NCBI GenBank assembly: GCA_018223105.1
Contig: JAAEYY010000006.1
Span: 72,806-136,805 of the forward strand
Length of the DNA: 64,000 bases
Reading direction: 5' to 3'
Source: a bacterium
GTDB taxonomy: Bacteria; Bacteroidota; Bacteroidia; NS11-12g; UBA9320
The notes below the pieces were generated by a model. The model was not told where the DNA came from, ran no database searches, and saw nothing but the letters and a program-made list of their open reading frames with translations. A program made the position numbers and the translations under genes. Of the stretch, positions 60,638-64,000 are shown in pieces (the stretch's first letter is position 1; the number at the start of each line of letters is the position of its first letter).

Positions 60638-62544
60638 GAATCAATGAGCTGCTTATCAAGCTCTTCATAGATTGAATTATTACTCACGTATTCTGGTACA
60701 ATTCGCTTCATGGTTTTTACCAAGAATCGATTTGTTAGGGTATCTTTCTCTTTATAGAGCTTGCTAATCACTTCATTTACCTCCAGGTAATTATACTGGG
60801 GTACTTTGGCAATCATAATCTTTGGATTGTGGGTGCCGATTGTGTTCTCCTTATCACTGAGTAACTCTTCTTTTAGCTTCTCTCCGGGACGCAAACCGGT
60901 GTAGACAATATCAATGTCTTTACCTTCGTCTAAACCACTTAATCGAATCATTTTACGCGCCAAGTCTACAATCTTTACACTTTCACCCATATCGAAGATG
61001 TAGATTTCACCTCCTTTACCCATTACACCCGCTTCTAAAACCAGCTGACATGCTTCAGGAATAGTCATGAAATAACGAGTAATATCCGGATGGGTTACCG
61101 TTACCGGTCCACCTTCTTCAATTTGACGTTCAAATAGAGGTATAACGGAACCATTACTTCCCAATACATTTCCAAAGCGTGTTGTTATGAATTTCGTGTG
61201 AATATCCGTTTCAAGCCTCAGTTTTTCGTTTAAAGACTGAACATAAATTTCACCGATTCTCTTAGAAGCGCCCATAATATTGGTTGGGTTTACCGCTTTA
61301 TCCGTACTTACGTATACAAACTTCTCAACTTTATAAGCCACAGCCATATTGGCCAGGTTTTGAGTGCCAAATACATTGGTGTTAATAGCTTCGTACGGAT
61401 TGTTTTCCATCAAGGGCACATGTTTATATGCTGCTGCATGAAAAACGTAGGAGGGATTGAAATATTCAAATACTTTTTTAACTCGGGCAGGATTACAAAC
61501 ATCAGCTATAACAATCTCTACTTGAGTTGAATTTTTTAGCTCGTTTTGTAGATCGTAAAGCGCAGATTCTGCTTGATCTAATAAAACCAGTTTTCTGGGA
61601 TTAAATGCAAGCGACTGCCTCGCAATCTCAGATCCAATCGAACCGGCAGCTCCGGTAACAAGAATTACTTTGTCATTGAGTTCGCTGCTAATGGTTTCTT
61701 TGTCTAGCTGGATAGGATCGCGTTGCAAAAGATCCTCAATTTTAACCTTCTTAATTTGTCGAGGGTTAAATTCGCCATTAAACCATTTGCCCACTGAAGG
61801 AATGGTTTTAACCGCTATATTAAATGCCAGTGATTTCTCAATGATTCTTTTCTTCCTCCACGGTTTAAGTTGTTGTATTGCTATTACAAGCTCAACTACT
61901 TTGCCGTTAATAGGGAGCTGATTAAAATCAATATCAGCACTGTGTATTTTGACACCTTCTAAGGTTTTGCCGTGAAGTTTTGCATTGTCGTCTAGAAAAG
62001 CAACTACTTTGGAATTCAACTTAGGGTCTCCTTCCAGTGAGCGTTTAACGAGCACACCAGTTTCTCCCGCACCGTAAATGATAATCTGCTTTTTCTCTAG
62101 TGATTTGTAAGGAGAATAATGATTATACATCAGTTTAAAACTGATTCTGAAAGCAGAAAGCAGGCAAACCAGTATGAAAGCATCAATTACAATGATCTCC
62201 GGCTGTAGGATATGAGAACCTGTCGCAAATCGATAGAGAATTTCTACCAGGCTAATTCCTGCAGTACTGATAATAACTGCAAAAAATATCCTTACTGCAT
62301 CTTGTGTGCTGGTATATTTAAGAATACCGGTGTAGGATCTGGTAATAAGAAAGCCCTTTGCTCTGAAAATTAATACCACAAATAGCGGATACATCATATT
62401 GGATGAAAAGCCATATTCTGTGGAGTATACATCTAAAATATATGATGCCAACAAAAATGAAAAAGTGGCAATGAAAAGATCGAAGAGCAGTATCACCCAT
62501 CTAGGGGTATTTTTTTGGGCTATTTTCTTGAGGTTGACAAGCAT
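60634..62544 (-). CDS. Polysaccharide biosynthesis protein: membrane-anchored nucleoside-diphosphate-sugar 4,6-dehydratase/epimerase (CapD/PglF/WbpM-like)
   Basis: It has four N-terminal transmembrane helices, a Rossmann motif VTGAAGSIGSEIARQ and the Polysacc_synt_2 pattern. Confidence 0.85.
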   Translation of the reverse strand: MLVNLKKIAQKNTPRWVILLFDLFIATFSFLLASYILDVYSTEYGFSSNMMYPLFVVLIFRAKGFLITRSYTGILKYTSTQDAVRIFFAVIISTAGISLVEILYRFATGSHILQPEIIVIDAFILVCLLSAFRISFKLMYNHYSPYKSLEKKQIIIYGAGETGVLVKRSLEGDPKLNSKVVAFLDDNAKLHGKTLEGVKIHSADIDFNQLPINGKVVELVIAIQQLKPWRKKRIIEKSLAFNIAVKTIPSVGKWFNGEFNPRQIKKVKIEDLLQRDPIQLDKETISSELNDKVILVTGAAGSIGSEIARQSLAFNPRKLVLLDQAESALYDLQNELKNSTQVEIVIADVCNPARVKKVFEYFNPSYVFHAAAYKHVPLMENNPYEAINTNVFGTQNLANMAVAYKVEKFVYVSTDKAVNPTNIMGASKRIGEIYVQSLNEKLRLETDIHTKFITTRFGNVLGSNGSVIPLFERQIEEGGPVTVTHPDITRYFMTIPEACQLVLEAGVMGKGGEIYIFDMGESVKIVDLARKMIRLSGLDEGKDIDIVYTGLRPGEKLKEELLSDKENTIGTHNPKIMIAKVPQYNYLEVNEVISKLYKEKDTLTNRFLVKTMKRIVPEYVSNNSIYEELDKQLIDS

Positions 62545-62612
62545 AGTTCAAGGAGTTAGCGGTTTTGCGAAGATACGATAATAAAGCCAAACATTGTTTT
62601 TTTATCCAATTG

Positions 62613-64000
62613 TTAATAGTCTGTAGTCCTGAGTTTAGCAAATTTTAAAACCAAGGTCTTTTTACCGTATTCTAAGAAGTCAATGATTGCTTTTTGCTGT
62701 TCCTGATTTCCCTCCAATTTTACAATTTGACCTTTGCCAAACCTTTGGTGTTCAATTTTCATTCCTTCCTTAAATTCTCGTATTTCCTCAGCTTCAAAAT
62801 TGTCAATTTTAGGAGGTTTAATTCTTTCACTTATGGGTTTGGTTTGTCTACTAATCGCCCTCTTTAGATTTGAAGGCTGTCTCGCTGTACTCCTTTCAAA
62901 TCGGTCGGTTCCGGCGGGTCGAACTTGTTTTGTTTGCTGCAACATCCTGCGATCCATTTGAAGAAATTCTTTGTCAATTTCATCGATAAATCTACTGGGT
63001 TCACAAGGGAGTAAAGAACCAAATCTAAACCTTGACGTGGCAAAAGAAAGGGTCAGTTTTTTTTCTGCTCGCGTAATAGCAACATAAAATAATCTGCGTT
63101 CTTCTTCCAGTTCACTTTGCGATCCCAAAGACATTTGAGAAGGAAATAAATTTTCCTCCATTCCAGAAACATAGACATATGGGAACTCCAAACCCTTTGC
63201 CATGTGGATAGTCATGAGCGCCACTTTGTCTTTGTCGTCATCATCTTTATCCTGATCTGTTAATAGCGCAATATCCTGAATGTAACTACCTAGATCCTTT
63301 TCAGACTCATTAGTATCGTCTTCCACAAACTCCTTTATACCATTGAGTAGCTCAGAGACGTTTTCATACCTGCTTATTCCTTCTATGGTTTTGTCTTCGT
63401 TTAAAATTTTAAGTAAAGAAGTAGATCGTGCGATATGCATAGCAAGATCATAGGCATTATGCGATTCAGCCATAACAGCGAAACTTTTGATCATATTTAC
63501 AAAGTCTCGCAATTTTGGAATAGCAGACTTTAACTCAGCATGATGATGTGCTTCAGAGATCAGTTCCCACGGCGTCTTATTTTCGGAACTCGATAAAAGG
63601 GTAACTCTCTCTAATGTAGTTTTCCCTATTCCTCTTGCAGGATAATTAATAATACGTCTGAGCGCTTCTTCATCGTTGTGATTTAAGGTAAGCCTCATGT
63701 ATGCAAGCAGGTCTTTGATTTCTTTTCTTTGATAAAAACTAACCCCACCAAAAATTCGATATGGAATATTCCGTTTTCTAAGGGCTTCCTCCAAACTACG
63801 TGATTGTGAGTTGGTGCGATATAAAATGGCAAAATCGGAGTTGTTCTTCTGCTCATTCATCTTCGTCTCAAAGATGCTCTCGGCGATCATTTTACCTTCC
63901 TCATTATCCGTTACAGCACGAAGAATCGAGATCAACTCGCCAGTATCATTGTCGGTCCAGACATTCTTCTCTAACTGATCCTTGTTCTTAGCAATTACGG
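62613..64000 (-). CDS. UvrD/PcrA-family ATP-dependent DNA helicase, C-terminal part (5' end beyond the window)
   Basis: Helicase motifs V and VI lie in ...YRTNSQSRSLEEAL...VALMTIHMAKGLEFPYVYV... The reading frame stays open to the window edge. Confidence 0.8.
   Translation of the reverse strand, partial: VIAKNKDQLEKNVWTDNDTGELISILRAVTDNEEGKMIAESIFETKMNEQKNNSDFAILYRTNSQSRSLEEALRKRNIPYRIFGGVSFYQRKEIKDLLAYMRLTLNHNDEEALRRIINYPARGIGKTTLERVTLLSSSENKTPWELISEAHHHAELKSAIPKLRDFVNMIKSFAVMAESHNAYDLAMHIARSTSLLKILNEDKTIEGISRYENVSELLNGIKEFVEDDTNESEKDLGSYIQDIALLTDQDKDDDDKDKVALMTIHMAKGLEFPYVYVSGMEENLFPSQMSLGSQSELEEERRLFYVAITRAEKKLTLSFATSRFRFGSLLPCEPSRFIDEIDKEFLQMDRRMLQQTKQVRPAGTDRFERSTARQPSNLKRAISRQTKPISERIKPPKIDNFEAEEIREFKEGMKIEHQRFGKGQIVKLEGNQEQQKAIIDFLEYGKKTLVLKFAKLRTTDY

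Overview
The window looks like a Bacteroidota (Flavobacteriia-like) chromosomal segment. Supporting signs are a fused SecDF, a PorZ-like protein with a T9SS C-terminal sorting domain, TTG-N19/20-TAnnTTTG promoter motifs, and ribosomal genes packed with 1-4 nt gaps. Most of it is core genome.

Gene content in order:
- At the 5' end: the C-terminal fragment of a TolC-family outer-membrane protein (OMP), a tandem pair of paralogous two-helix membrane proteins, and an operon of SRPBCC / SDR / SRPBCC / PqqB-like lipoprotein.
- DUF2490 translationally coupled to a SulP transporter, a small TonB C-terminal-domain protein, DUF1801, lipA, a PorZ-like T9SS cargo, recO, bshB1 and a FemAB/GNAT-like gene.
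- A 17-kb str-S10-spc-alpha ribosomal superoperon, running from rpsL, rpsG and fusA through rplQ. It includes secY, infA, a 38-aa rpmJ that the ORF track misses, and rpoA. Its rplQ carries a repetitive acidic tail.
- An Spx/ArsC-like gene, a disrupted small OM beta-barrel pseudogene beside an intact paralog-like gene, and a CxxCH cytochrome c lipoprotein.
- A single 404-aa gene with an eRF1/Dom34-like (aeRF1-type release-factor) fold, bounded by 34/35-bp direct repeats that double as bidirectional terminators.
- An M42 peptidase, a tetR-tolC-MFP-RND efflux operon, udk, secDF, recG with a CPBP protease, dnaE, a universal stress protein (Usp), SDR, GNAT, rnz, ftsK, a lolA-like gene, a CxxxC lipoprotein, a PglF/WbpM-type polysaccharide dehydratase, and a partial UvrD-family helicase at the 3' end.

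No tRNA, rRNA or CRISPR was found.

The most interesting candidates are:
- the orphan release-factor-like gene islet at 33.4-34.9 kb;
- the tandem paralogous membrane proteins at 0.3-1.4 kb;
- the SRPBCC/SDR/PqqB-like lipoprotein cassette at 1.5-4.1 kb.
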